Shown in pieces: positions 49,265 through 59,549 of a stretch of 64,000 bases of DNA. This DNA comes from an uncultured delta proteobacterium (lineage in GTDB: Bacteria > Desulfobacterota > Binatia > Binatales > Binataceae): NCBI GenBank assembly GCA_963710425.1, contig CAVQAR010000018.1:71506-135505 (forward strand), written 5' to 3'. How positions within the stretch are numbered: the stretch's first letter is position 1; every line of letters starts with the position of its first letter. The notes under the pieces were generated by a model. It saw nothing but the letters and a program-made list of their open reading frames with translations, did not search any database and was not told the DNA's origin. A program made the position numbers and the translations under genes.

Positions 49265-50614
49265 ATGCATCCGATCATCAAAGTTGAGAACCTGGGCAAG
49301 CGCTACAGTATCGGGCGTCGCCAGTCTTACCACACGCTGCGCGAGAGTTTGATCGAAACGGTGAGCCGCGCCGGTGCGCGGCATAGCTGGCCTCCTGAGC
49401 CGCAACGGTCATGAAAAACGCGATCGGCGCGAACCGCATGTCTGGGCGCTCAAGGATTTGAGCTTCGAGGTCGCGCCCGGTGAGGTGCTTGGAATCATCG
49501 GGCGCAACGGCTCGGGCAAATCCACGCTGCTCAAGATTCTTTCGCGGATCACCGAGCCGACCACCGGCCGCTTCGAGCTGTACGGCAGGGTCGGTAGTCT
49601 GCTCGAAGTAGGCACCGGATTCCATCCGGAGCTTACTGGTCGCGAGAACATGTATTTGAGCGGCGCGATCATGGGAATGCGGCGGGCGGAGATCGCGCGG
49701 AAATTCGACGAGATGGTCGCGTTCGCCGAGATCGATCAGTTCGTTGACACTCCGGTGAAGCACTATTCCAGCGGCATGTATGTCCGCCTGGCATTTGCCG
49801 TCGCCGCCCACCTGGAGCCGGAGATTCTTCTGGTAGATGAAGTGCTGGCGGTCGGCGACGCCGCCTTTCAGAAAAAATGCCTCGGCAAGATCGGCGAAGT
49901 TGCCAAGCTGGGAAGAACCGTGATGTTCGTCAGCCACAACCTGGCCACGATCCAGTCGCTATGCGACTCCTGCATGCTGCTGGCCGCTGGACAGTTGATT
50001 CTTAAGGGACGGCCGAGCGAGGTGATCGCTCACTACCATCAGCAAGATACTTTCGATCATCATGGGTATCGCTCGCTGATGCCGGACGGTGCCGACCGAT
50101 CCGCAACCCGGCGGAACAATGGAATCGGTCGAGCTTCTCGGAGAAGATCGCGCGCGAGTCGGTTCATTCCCGATGGGTGAGTCGCTCATCGTGAGCGTCA
50201 AATTTCGATCGTCGAAACCAATCCGCCCAGCCCTGACTGTCGCCGTGCGCACCGAAGCCGGTTGGCCGGTGTTTGCGGTGAGTAATCGACTGACCGGCGA
50301 GGGCGCCGGATTCGAAAGCCACGCTCGGCGGATCGATCGAGTGCAAAATTATTCGTCCGCCGTTGCTGCCCGGAAGATATCTACTGGATTTGTTTCTCGG
50401 GAACCTCGCCGACATTACCAAGGACTCCCACGTCGTCCGCGACGCACTTAGCGTTGAGGTAATGCCGGTCGACATACTGCGCACCGGCAGATTGCCGTGG
50501 CCGGAAAATGGTCCGGTGCTATGCGGCAGTCAGTTTACGGTTGCGCCGGATGATGGCGCCGAAAAGACAGCTCGCCTGGGCAAAGCCGCAAACGGTCACA
50601 CTCTCCCTTCCTGA
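49265..50614 (+). CDS. wzt: polysaccharide/O-antigen export ABC ATPase with C-terminal Wzt_C-like carbohydrate-binding domain; frameshifts near 49370, 50085 and 50300
   Basis: [17 protein letters not shown] (frame 2), then [47 protein letters not shown] (ORF 49374..50180). Next [27 protein letters not shown] (ORF 50089..), then [26 protein letters not shown] (ORF 50363..50614, frame open further upstream). Confidence 0.85.
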
Positions 50615-50620
50615 AGACGG

Positions 50621-51823
50621 ATGCTGATTCGCGTAGTTGATTATCTCGCCAGTCAGGGTGGAGGGGTGCGATTCACCGGAGAAACAATCGCAGGAATTTT
50701 GCGCCTTCGCCCCGACGCCAGAATTGAAATCGTCAGCACCGCAGCCGGACTGAACTCATATCGCAATGCGCTGATCGGATGCGACGGACAGATCCGATTC
50801 AGCGAGATCAAACCAGTTGGCTGTTGGAAGGGCGGAAACAATAGGGTTCTGAATATTCCAGGTACCGGCCAGTTGGTCCAACTTCTGCGCGGCGGCAGAG
50901 ATTGGTCCTATGAGCTTCCGCGCGCAGTCTATCGGGGATGTGATGTCGTATGGCTGCCGTGGGCAAACCGCCATCTCATACCAAATAGCGACGGCTGCCC
51001 AATCGTGGCAACGATCCACGATTTAATTCCCCTGGAGCATCCGAATGTCAGCACGGCGCCCTGGCGCGAAGCTGAACAAGCATCCTTACGATCTCTACGC
51101 GAGAGCCGCGCCCGCGTCGTCACTTCTTCGATTGCGACGGCGCGCGCGCTTGCCCGGCTTGGCGCGATTCCATTTGAGGAAATCAAAGTGTTTCCGCTCG
51201 GCGACGATCATGGTTTTGATGGGTCAGTGCAGATGCCGGGTGGTTGGGAATGGTACCAAAAGCCCTATCTGATTTATCCGGCGAATATTTCTCCGCACAA
51301 GAATCACGAAACGCTGCTGGCGGCGATCGGTCGATGGAAGAATCGCTGTTCCCTGGTGCTGACCGGCGGCGGCACTGAGTCTATCGCCAGTGGAGAAGGG
51401 CGCGGCGGTGAGTTGCGTCTCAAGGCCGAACGCGAAGGACTTCGCATCGGAATCGACGTTATCCCACTCGGCGCAATTGACGCGCCGTTGTTCTTTTCAC
51501 TCCTCGCCAATGCGTGGGCCTGCGTAATACCAAGCATTGCCGAAGGCGTGTGCCTGCCGGTGCTCGAGGCCATGGTCCGGGGCGTGCCGCTGGTATGCTC
51601 TGACATTGCGCCCATCCGCGAACAGTTCGAGCGCCTCGGCGGCACAGGTCTGTGGTTCGATTCGCAGGATGTCGCCGGGCTCTCGGCACGGCTCGAGGAA
51701 TTGTTCGGGAACTACGCGAACCTCAAAGCCACCGCAGTCGATCAGGTCGGGAGATTGCGAAGACTTTCGTGGTCGCAGGTCGCGGAAGACTACTTGTCGA
51801 TACTGGGAGTCGCGCAACATTGA
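50621..51823 (+). CDS. GT-B (family 4-like) glycosyltransferase
   Basis: 400 aa: ..ATIHDLIPLEHP..YLIYPANISPHKNHETLL..IAEGVCLPVLEAMVRGVPLVCSDIAPIREQ. Confidence 0.85.
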   Translation: MLIRVVDYLASQGGGVRFTGETIAGILRLRPDARIEIVSTAAGLNSYRNALIGCDGQIRFSEIKPVGCWKGGNNRVLNIPGTGQLVQLLRGGRDWSYELPRAVYRGCDVVWLPWANRHLIPNSDGCPIVATIHDLIPLEHPNVSTAPWREAEQASLRSLRESRARVVTSSIATARALARLGAIPFEEIKVFPLGDDHGFDGSVQMPGGWEWYQKPYLIYPANISPHKNHETLLAAIGRWKNRCSLVLTGGGTESIASGEGRGGELRLKAEREGLRIGIDVIPLGAIDAPLFFSLLANAWACVIPSIAEGVCLPVLEAMVRGVPLVCSDIAPIREQFERLGGTGLWFDSQDVAGLSARLEELFGNYANLKATAVDQVGRLRRLSWSQVAEDYLSILGVAQH

Positions 51824-52665
51824 TGCGATCATTGCGCCCTCGCCCCGGACGTTGGTGGAATCTTACAAAACTGTCGCTGCGCGACGCGACCTTCCTCCCG
51901 CCGCTGATTGGTATCGCGACGAATTGGCGCGAAGTTTGGTCCGCACGCGCGAGCCAGCACGCGCCGCCCGTTCGCCTGCGCAATGGTCAGACTGTCTTTC
52001 ACTCCGGCTACGGCTGGGAAGTGATTGGCCTCCTGAATGAGGTTCACCACGTTCGCATCTACGATCAGGAACTCGGCGATTTCATCGACGGCGGAGTAAT
52101 CGTCGATATCGGCGCCAACATCGGCGTCGTCACCATGAATTATCTCTCGCGCTATCCGAATGCGACCGTACAAGCATACGAACCGAATCCGCGGACCTAT
52201 CGGATTCTGGAACAGAATATCGCGGCACAGATCTCTTTCCGGTCGCGCGCGCCTGTGGAACGAAGCGGTCGGCAGGAGTCCGGGAACAATAAGCTTGACC
52301 AGCGCAGGACCAAGCACGTTGTTCAGCGCATACACCAAAGCCGAAAACCCCGCCGAAGTCGTGGAAGCTCGCTTGATCGACCTGGATCAGGTTGTGCGAC
52401 GATGCGAGTCATACGGCAAACCAATCAAAGTTGTAAAAATAGATACCGAGGGAGCCGAAGCGGATATTCTCGAAGGAGCCGCTGAATTCCTCACTGCAAA
52501 TGGTTTCTCAATTTGTGATCGAGTACCACGATGCGTTCGTGCCCGGTGCACGATCGCGCTGCATTGCTAGGCTCGAGGACGCCGGGTTTCGATGCAGGTG
52601 GCGGCCAATCGCGAGCCAGCCAGGTGTCGGGATGATCTACGCGGTGAATCGGAACGCATTCCTGA
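51823..52665 (+). CDS. FkbM-family methyltransferase, frameshifts near 52232 and 52495; 3' end unresolved
   Basis: VIVDIGANIGVVTMNYLSRYPNATVQAYEPNPRTYRILEQNI, then RLWNEAVGRSPGTISL..KVVKIDTEGAEADILEGA (ORF 52160..), then QFVIEYH (ORF 52500..). The ATG overlaps the previous stop (TGATG). Confidence 0.7.
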
Positions 52666-52694
52666 AAGATCTCGGTCCCGCTAAAAACTTCCGC

Positions 52695-53827
52695 TTGCAG
52701 CATTGGCACATCATAACCGGCGGCTATCCTCCGCAGCCCGGTGGAGTGAGTGACTATACGCGTCAGGTCGCAGTTGAACTGGCGCGCGCCGGCGACGTGG
52801 TGAACATCTGGGCTCCCGCTTGTGGACATGGCCGATCCGATCGATGCCGGCGTCGCGGTGCATCGCTTGCCCGGCCATTTCGGACCGCGCGCGATCGCGC
52901 TTCTCGATCGTCAGCTCAACAGGAACCCGGCGCCGTATCCTGGTGCAGTACGTGCCGCATGCGTTTGGTTTCAAGGCGATGAACTTTCCCTTCGTCTCAT
53001 GGCTGTACGCGCGACGCCGCGCGAATATCTCGGTCATGTTTCACGAGGTTGCCTATCCGGTCGATCCGTCGCAGTCGCTCAAACACAACCTGCTCGGTGT
53101 GGCGACGCAAAAGATGGCTGCGATTGTTGCGCGAGCGGCCGGCCGAATCTTCGTCTCCACTTCTTCATGGGAATCGCAATTGCGCGCACTTTCCGGAACT
53201 GCAAAACCAATCGTATCGATTCCGGTTCCGAGCAATCTCCCAGTGGTCGAAGATTGTATGGCGGTGCAGGCTATACGACAGCGCCACTGGCCGGTCGAAG
53301 GACCAATCGTCGGACATTTCGGAACCTACGGCGACAGCATCGCCAAACTGCTCGACCGAATTCTTCCGGCGGTACTTGTCGATGTCCCGCACGCGTCGGC
53401 GTTTCTCATCGGACGCAACAGCGAGGTTTATCGCGAAAGATTGATCGCCACGAATCCACAAGTTGCCCGCAGAATTGCCGCGACTGGAATGCTCGGAGAG
53501 CGCGACGCGTCGGCGCACATCAGCGCCTGCGATTTGATGCTGCAACCGTATCCCGACGGCATCAGCACGCGGCGCACGAGCGCGATGGTCGCTCTAGCGC
53601 ACGGGCGCGCGCTCGCCACCACCTCGGGCCATCTGACCGAATCGCTATGGGCAGAGAGCGGGGCAGTCGCCATCTCGCCGCTGAATGAACCGCTCGAGAA
53701 TGCCCGTCTGGCTAGCAGCATTCTGCTCGACGCGCCGCATCGCCAGCAGCTTGGTTCGGCCGGCCGCGCGCTTTACCGCAGTCAGTTCGACATCAGTAAT
53801 ACCGTTGCAGCGTTGCGTGCTGCGTAA
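52695..53827 (+). CDS. GT-B glycosyltransferase, frameshifts near 52815 and 52932
   Basis: Starts at a TTG, (M)QHWHIITGGYPPQPGGVSDYTRQVAVELARAGD. Continues as VDMADPIDAGVAVHRLPGHFGP (ORF 52822..), then RRILVQYVPHAFGFKAMNFPF..GHFGTYGD..QPYPDGISTRRTSAMVALAHGRALATT (ORF 52820..53827). Confidence 0.7.
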
Positions 53828-55092
53828 TGCGTATCGCGGTTGCAAACTTCAGCTCGCGCCGGGTTGGAGGCGCTGAAAGTTACATCGAGGAGGTCATCGC
53901 CGAGTTCGCCAACTCCGGCCATGACGTCGGTCTCTTCGTCGAACTTGATGTCCCAGCCGATCGCGCTGCGATTCGGCTCCCTCGCGAATCGCCGCTATGG
54001 TGCGTCGCGAACGAATCTATGACTGGCGCGCTCGCTGCGATGCGCGAATGGCATCCCGATCTGATCTTTGCGCATGGATTAGTTAGTCCCGAGAATGAAG
54101 CCGCGACGTTGTCGGTCGCTCCCAGTGTGTTCTTCGCGCATGGGTACTACGGCACCTGCATCTCCGGCGCCAAGACCAATAGCTTTCCGAATGTCGTTCC
54201 GTGCACGCGGATCTTCGGTCCCAAATGCCTTCTGCACTTCTACCCGCGGCGCTGTGGAGGGCTGAGTCCCGTCACCGCGTTGATCGAATACCGCCGCCAG
54301 GCAGATCGCCTCAAGCTGCTTCGAAGTTACCGCGCAATACTCACTGACTCGACGCATATGCGCGAGGAATATCTCCGCCACGGGTTCGATCCCAACATAG
54401 TAATCAGGAGTTCGTACCTTCGGGATACAAGCCCGGGCCTGGATGTCTCGATCGAATCGGCGAATCGCGACACCAACGGTACCGCATCCGGCGGCCCTGC
54501 GCGGCTGTTGTTTCTCGGACGAATGGATGCGCTCAAGGGCGGGTTGATACTGTTGGACTCCTTGCCGATAGTCGCGGCTGCACTCGACCGGCCGATAGAA
54601 CTGACGTTCGGCGGCGACGGCCCATGTCGCGATTCGTGGGCCCGTCGCGCGCAATCAATCAGCGCAAAAGACACTCGCGTGAAGATTGTGTTCGAGGGAT
54701 GGTTGGGAGCTGAACGCATCGCGGAACTCCAGGCTTCATCAGATTTGCTCGTGATGCCCAGTTTGTGGCCCGAGCCGTTCGGCCGAGTTGGTCTCGAGTC
54801 GGGATCGAAGGGCCTGCCGGTCGCCGCGTTCGCGGTCGGAGGAATCCCGGACTGGCTGCACGACGGAGTCAACGGCTACATGGCAGTCGGCGATCCGGCA
54901 ACTTCTGACGGTCTGGCGGATGCGGTCGTAAAATGTCTCCGCTCGCCGGCCGAGCACGCGCGACTACGTCGTGGCGCAATCGCTATGGCAAGCCGTTTCA
55001 ATCTGCACAATCACATGGCGCAGCTTTACGATCTCTTTGAGCAGGTCGCTGGACGTTCAGTGTCCGGCGAAGCCGAGATGTCATCGCATTGA
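53827..55092 (+). CDS. GT-B (family 4-like) glycosyltransferase
   Basis: 421 aa: MRIAVANFSSRRVGGAESYIEE..LLFLGRMDALKGG..WPEPFGRVGLESGSKGLPVAAFAVGGIPDWL. Confidence 0.85.
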   Translation: MRIAVANFSSRRVGGAESYIEEVIAEFANSGHDVGLFVELDVPADRAAIRLPRESPLWCVANESMTGALAAMREWHPDLIFAHGLVSPENEAATLSVAPSVFFAHGYYGTCISGAKTNSFPNVVPCTRIFGPKCLLHFYPRRCGGLSPVTALIEYRRQADRLKLLRSYRAILTDSTHMREEYLRHGFDPNIVIRSSYLRDTSPGLDVSIESANRDTNGTASGGPARLLFLGRMDALKGGLILLDSLPIVAAALDRPIELTFGGDGPCRDSWARRAQSISAKDTRVKIVFEGWLGAERIAELQASSDLLVMPSLWPEPFGRVGLESGSKGLPVAAFAVGGIPDWLHDGVNGYMAVGDPATSDGLADAVVKCLRSPAEHARLRRGAIAMASRFNLHNHMAQLYDLFEQVAGRSVSGEAEMSSH

Positions 55093-56291
55093 TTTCCGAC
55101 GCTCGCGAATCGCGACTACGAGTATTGTTTTTCGTTGAAGGCTTTACCGACATCCGCTTCGTGATCGGACTCAGCGAGCTTTGCGACCTCACAATGGTCG
55201 TGCCGGAACGGCAATACCTTGAAAGTGGGCTCAAGGGACGAATCGAGAGCGCCGGTTGCCGGATCGATGTAATAACTGTGCCGGGCGGCCGGCCGGCTTT
55301 TCAATTTCGCTCGCTGCGACGCCTCTGGTCGCTCGCGCCACGCTTCGACGTAATCCTTGCGCAAGAGGTTCTGCGCGGCGCCCTCAATGCCAACATCGTT
55401 GGCACGATTCGAAGGGTCCCGGTGGTAACGTACATGTGCGCCTCTCCGCTGGAGTATTTCCGATGTCGGCGCGAACGCGTGCAGATTTCAGCTCCCATTT
55501 CATTATTGGGCCAGTCCGTGATCTCGACCTTGATGACTGTGAATGGAAAGCTCGCGACTCAATGCGTGGCGATGGGGCGCTACCTTGCCGGCGTCGCGGG
55601 CAAATATTGTTCGACCGTTAGCGTCGGGCTCTACTATGGAATCGATACCAACGTCTTCCGCCCCGTGACAGTGGCCGAGCGCTCTCAGCTTCGTGAGCGT
55701 CTCGACCTCCCGCTCGATAAATTTATCGTCTTCCTTTCAAGTCGAATCAGCCACGAGAAGGATCCCGAGACGGTTTTGCGCGCGGTTTCGATTGCCCGCC
55801 GCAACGGTCTCGACGCGATTCTGCTCAATCTGGGCGGCGGTTTCCGCGACTTCCTGAATCTCGCCCACGAACTCGGACTTCCAGATGTCGACCGCTGGAT
55901 TATCGGGCGTCCCGCCGCGAATCCGATTACCGAGGTTCATCGTTTTTTCCAGGCCGCCGACGCGACTGCTCTCGCTTCTCTGGCCGAGGGTCTCGGAATT
56001 TCTCCACTCGAGTCGCTTGCCTGTGGCACTCCCGTCGTCGCTACCGCTGTTGGCGGGATGGCGGTGGAACTGGAGGGTTATGCCCGCCTGGTTCCGCGCC
56101 GCGATGCGGAAGCGATGGCGCGCGAGCTTTTGTGGATTGCCGCAAATCGCGAGGCGGCCAGCGCGCAGGCGCTGAAGGGACGCGATCACGTTGTGCGCGA
56201 GTGGCGCCGCGAGAAGGCATTCGCCGATTTGCTGGCTGTGCTCGAATCTGTTTCAGGGTTGCGTCAACAATCAAATCTCAAGAGCGCGTGA
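55089..56291 (+). CDS. GT-B (family 4-like) glycosyltransferase
   Basis: 400 aa: ..FIVFLSSRISHEKDPE..LAEGLGISPLESLACGTPVVATAVGGMAVEL. 4-nt overlap with the upstream gene. Confidence 0.85.
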   Translation: MISDARESRLRVLFFVEGFTDIRFVIGLSELCDLTMVVPERQYLESGLKGRIESAGCRIDVITVPGGRPAFQFRSLRRLWSLAPRFDVILAQEVLRGALNANIVGTIRRVPVVTYMCASPLEYFRCRRERVQISAPISLLGQSVISTLMTVNGKLATQCVAMGRYLAGVAGKYCSTVSVGLYYGIDTNVFRPVTVAERSQLRERLDLPLDKFIVFLSSRISHEKDPETVLRAVSIARRNGLDAILLNLGGGFRDFLNLAHELGLPDVDRWIIGRPAANPITEVHRFFQAADATALASLAEGLGISPLESLACGTPVVATAVGGMAVELEGYARLVPRRDAEAMARELLWIAANREAASAQALKGRDHVVREWRREKAFADLLAVLESVSGLRQQSNLKSA

Positions 56292-56304
56292 TAAGGTCTC
56301 GCAA

Positions 56305-57078
56305 TTGATTGAAGGCGTTCAGACCGGGCATTACGCTCGCAAGCAAATCTTTTCCCGCAGCGCGATTGTTGCCTGGAGCCATCGCAGCCGCTTTCGGTAT
56401 GCCCGCAAACTAGTCGAGCCGTACGCCGGCCGCCGCCTGCTCGACTATGGTTGCGGTGACGGCACGTTCCTCGCGCAAGTCTGCGATCTGTTCCCGAATG
56501 CAGCAGGCGCCGACGTCGATTCGCGCCAGAACGACGACTGCCGCAAGCGCTTCGCCGCGCATCCCGGGATTTCATTTCTTTCAATCGACGAACTCGAGCA
56601 ACCGGCTCATCGCGGCCGCTACGACGTCGTGACCTGCATGGAAGTACTCGAGCATTGCATTCCGGAAACGACTGAAAAGGTGATCGGCGACTTGCGCCGG
56701 CTGGTTGCGCCGGGTGGAACGGTCGTCATCAGCGTCCCAATCGAAATTGGACCGACCTTGCTTGGCAAGCAGATGATCAGAGCGCTCGCGGGATGGCGTT
56801 CGATCGGCGACTACAAGTTCCGCGAGAAATACACCGCCGCCGAGCTTGCCACGATGCTGCTCGCGGATGAAGGGACTGCAATTCAGCGTCCGATCCATCC
56901 AGCACCGGATGGCAGCCAGCCGTCTCACGGTCACAAGGGATTCAACTGGCGGGCGCTGCGCCATCGGCTGCAGGACGAATTCGAAATCAGAACAACACGT
57001 TTCTCTCCGCTAGAGTTCCTGCGTGGCTATGCCAGCAGCCAGGCGTGGCTGATATGCGCGCCGCGTCCTCGCAGCTAG
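56305..57078 (+). CDS. class I SAM-dependent methyltransferase
   Basis: [57 protein letters not shown]. Start tentatively at TTG 56305 (the tracked ORF starts inside the previous gene). Confidence 0.8.
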   Translation: MIEGVQTGHYARKQIFSRSAIVAWSHRSRFRYARKLVEPYAGRRLLDYGCGDGTFLAQVCDLFPNAAGADVDSRQNDDCRKRFAAHPGISFLSIDELEQPAHRGRYDVVTCMEVLEHCIPETTEKVIGDLRRLVAPGGTVVISVPIEIGPTLLGKQMIRALAGWRSIGDYKFREKYTAAELATMLLADEGTAIQRPIHPAPDGSQPSHGHKGFNWRALRHRLQDEFEIRTTRFSPLEFLRGYASSQAWLICAPRPRS

Positions 57079-57082
57079 TCAG

Positions 57083-58261
57083 GTGCAAGCCAAACCCCGG
57101 GTCGCCGTCATTTCCGATTTCATCGAGGAAGGATGGCCGAGCATGGACCTGGTCGCCGAGATGCTGTGCGATCACCTGGCCCGTGACCATGCAAAATGCT
57201 TCGAGGTCGAACTGGTGCGGCCGCGTTTCATCTGGCCTTCGAGCCATCGCAGAATCACGAACGAACGATGGATCACCGCGGCAAGACTGTTTAACCGCTT
57301 TGCGGTTTACCCACGATGGATCTCGCGCAATCGATCGCGCTTCGACATTTTTCATATTGTCGATCACAGCTACAGTCACTTGATTCATCATTTGCCGGCC
57401 GATCGATGCGTCGTCACATGCCACGATCTCGACACCTTCAAGTGTCTGCTGGAGCCGGACCGTGAGCATCGTTCGTGGGCCTTTCGCGCGATGACGCGGC
57501 GAATCTTGGGAGGCTTCCGTAAAGCCGCCAGGGTGACCTGCGTTAGCAGCGCGACTCGCGACGACATCGTCAGGCGCGGACTTATTCCGAGCGATCGCCT
57601 GGAAGTGGTGCCCAACGGTGTGCATCCGATCTTTACTGCGGTCGCCGATCCCGATGCAGACGCGGAAATTTGCAGGCTTCTCGGACGACGTAACATCGGC
57701 TCGATCGAAATATTGCACGTCGGAAGTACCCAGCCGCGCAAACGAATCGATCTGCTGCTCAGAATCTTTGCGGCGGTGCGTGCGAACCATCCCGGCGCGC
57801 GGCTGGTGCGCGTCGGAGGCGGCTTGACGACGCAGAATCGGAGTCTTGCCGAACAGCTTCACGTATCGGACGCGATCACGATCCTTCCGTTTTTGGAATG
57901 TCGCACGCTTGCTGCCGCTTATCGAAGGGCGGACGTTCTCGTGCTGCCATCGGACGCGGAGGGCTTCGGACTTCCAATCATCGAGGCCCTGGCCTGTGGT
58001 GCTCCGGTGATAGCCAGCGATCTGCCCGTTCTGCGCGAGGTCGGTGGCAACGCGGTGCGCTACTGTGCAGTCGGTGACGTGGACGCGTGGAGTAGTGCGA
58101 TCATCGACGTGATTCGCGAGCGCGATGCCAATGGCGATGCCCGTCTTGAAAGACGCGCCCGCGCAACCGCGCATGCGTCGCGATTCAGTTGGAGCGCGAA
58201 TGCCGAGCACGCGGCGCACACCTATCGCGAGTTACTGGATCGCGCGAAACCGCGCACCTGA
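57083..58261 (+). CDS. GT-B (family 4-like) glycosyltransferase
   Basis: 392 aa: ..[48 protein letters not shown]. Confidence 0.88.
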   Translation: MQAKPRVAVISDFIEEGWPSMDLVAEMLCDHLARDHAKCFEVELVRPRFIWPSSHRRITNERWITAARLFNRFAVYPRWISRNRSRFDIFHIVDHSYSHLIHHLPADRCVVTCHDLDTFKCLLEPDREHRSWAFRAMTRRILGGFRKAARVTCVSSATRDDIVRRGLIPSDRLEVVPNGVHPIFTAVADPDADAEICRLLGRRNIGSIEILHVGSTQPRKRIDLLLRIFAAVRANHPGARLVRVGGGLTTQNRSLAEQLHVSDAITILPFLECRTLAAAYRRADVLVLPSDAEGFGLPIIEALACGAPVIASDLPVLREVGGNAVRYCAVGDVDAWSSAIIDVIRERDANGDARLERRARATAHASRFSWSANAEHAAHTYRELLDRAKPRT

Positions 58262-58275
58262 CAAGCAAGGACTCG

Positions 58276-59370
58276 GTGCCTGACGCCCATCTCCGCGTAG
58301 TTCATCTTGTACCGCAGCTGTTTGGCGCGCACGACGCAGTTTATGGCGGCGCCGAACGATACGCACTCGAACTCGCGACACACATGGCGGAGCGCGTCGA
58401 CACTATCCTGCTGACCTTCGGCGACCGCGCTCGCGAAGAGACCATCGGCAAACTACGCGTCAAAGTAATCGGCAATCCCCACCATGTACGCAATCAAAAG
58501 AACAACATGCTTGCATGGGGCCTGTTCCCGCAGTTGCGGCGCGCGGACGTCGTGCACTGCCATCAGCAGCACCTGCTCGCGAGCAGCCTCGCCGCCCTTT
58601 ACTGCCGGATGAACGGGCGCAAGGTGTTTGCCAGCGACCTCGGCGGCGGCGGCTGGGACATCTCGAGCTACATTTCTACCGACGCTTGGTATCACGGTCT
58701 GCTTCACATCAGCGAATACAGCCGAATGATCGCAGGACATGAAAACAATCCTCGCGCGCACGTGATCCTTGGCGGCGTCGATACGCGGAAATTTTCCCCC
58801 GCGCCTTCGATCAATCCTCGCGACTACGTTCTTTTCGTCGGCCGGCTCCTGCCACACAAGGGAATCGATAATTTGATTCGCGCGATGCCCGACGACCTCG
58901 AGCTTCAGATTATTGGACAAGCCTACGACCAGCGTTACTTCGACGACCTCGCGCGTCTGGCCGAATCCAAGCGCACGATCTTTCGCCGCGACTGCGACGA
59001 CGCCCAATTGATCGACGCCTACCGCGGAGCGCTCTGCGTCGTGCTGCCAAGCGTCTATCAAACCATGTACAACGACTATTCCCCGGTACCTGAACTCCTG
59101 GGCCAGACCTTGCTCGAAGGGATGGCGTGTGGGGTCCCGTCGATATGCACCAGGGTCGCGAGCATGCCCGAAATTGTCGACGACGGAGTAACCGGGTTCA
59201 TCGTGCCTCCGAACGACCCGGCCGCATTGCGCGAGAAGATCTCTTGGCTGCGCAATCATCCCACCGACGCCGCGGCGATGGGCCGTCGCGCGCGTGAACG
59301 CGTGCTCGACAAGTTCACCTGGCCGCAGGTGGTAGATCGCTGCTTAACGATCTATGACGCCGCACAGTGA
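58276..59370 (+). CDS. GT-B (family 4-like) glycosyltransferase
   Basis: LRVVHLVPQLFG..YGGAERYALELA..VLFVGRLLPHKGIDNLI..LLEGMACGVPSICTRVASMPEIV. Start tentatively at GTG 58276. Confidence 0.85.
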   Translation: MPDAHLRVVHLVPQLFGAHDAVYGGAERYALELATHMAERVDTILLTFGDRAREETIGKLRVKVIGNPHHVRNQKNNMLAWGLFPQLRRADVVHCHQQHLLASSLAALYCRMNGRKVFASDLGGGGWDISSYISTDAWYHGLLHISEYSRMIAGHENNPRAHVILGGVDTRKFSPAPSINPRDYVLFVGRLLPHKGIDNLIRAMPDDLELQIIGQAYDQRYFDDLARLAESKRTIFRRDCDDAQLIDAYRGALCVVLPSVYQTMYNDYSPVPELLGQTLLEGMACGVPSICTRVASMPEIVDDGVTGFIVPPNDPAALREKISWLRNHPTDAAAMGRRARERVLDKFTWPQVVDRCLTIYDAAQ

Positions 59371-59549
59371 CGTGCGCGGTCTACGCGAATGTTAAATTCA
59401 CGTAGCACAATTGACGTACAGGTCGATCCCCTGCCATCATTAGTAACAGAGAAGTTCCGCTCTCTTTAGAATCGCCGGAAAGATGCTCAGATAGAAGGGG
59501 CCGCAGCGCTCCTTCACTGTCTCCGGGGGCTTAATTTTCGCTGTCTGAG

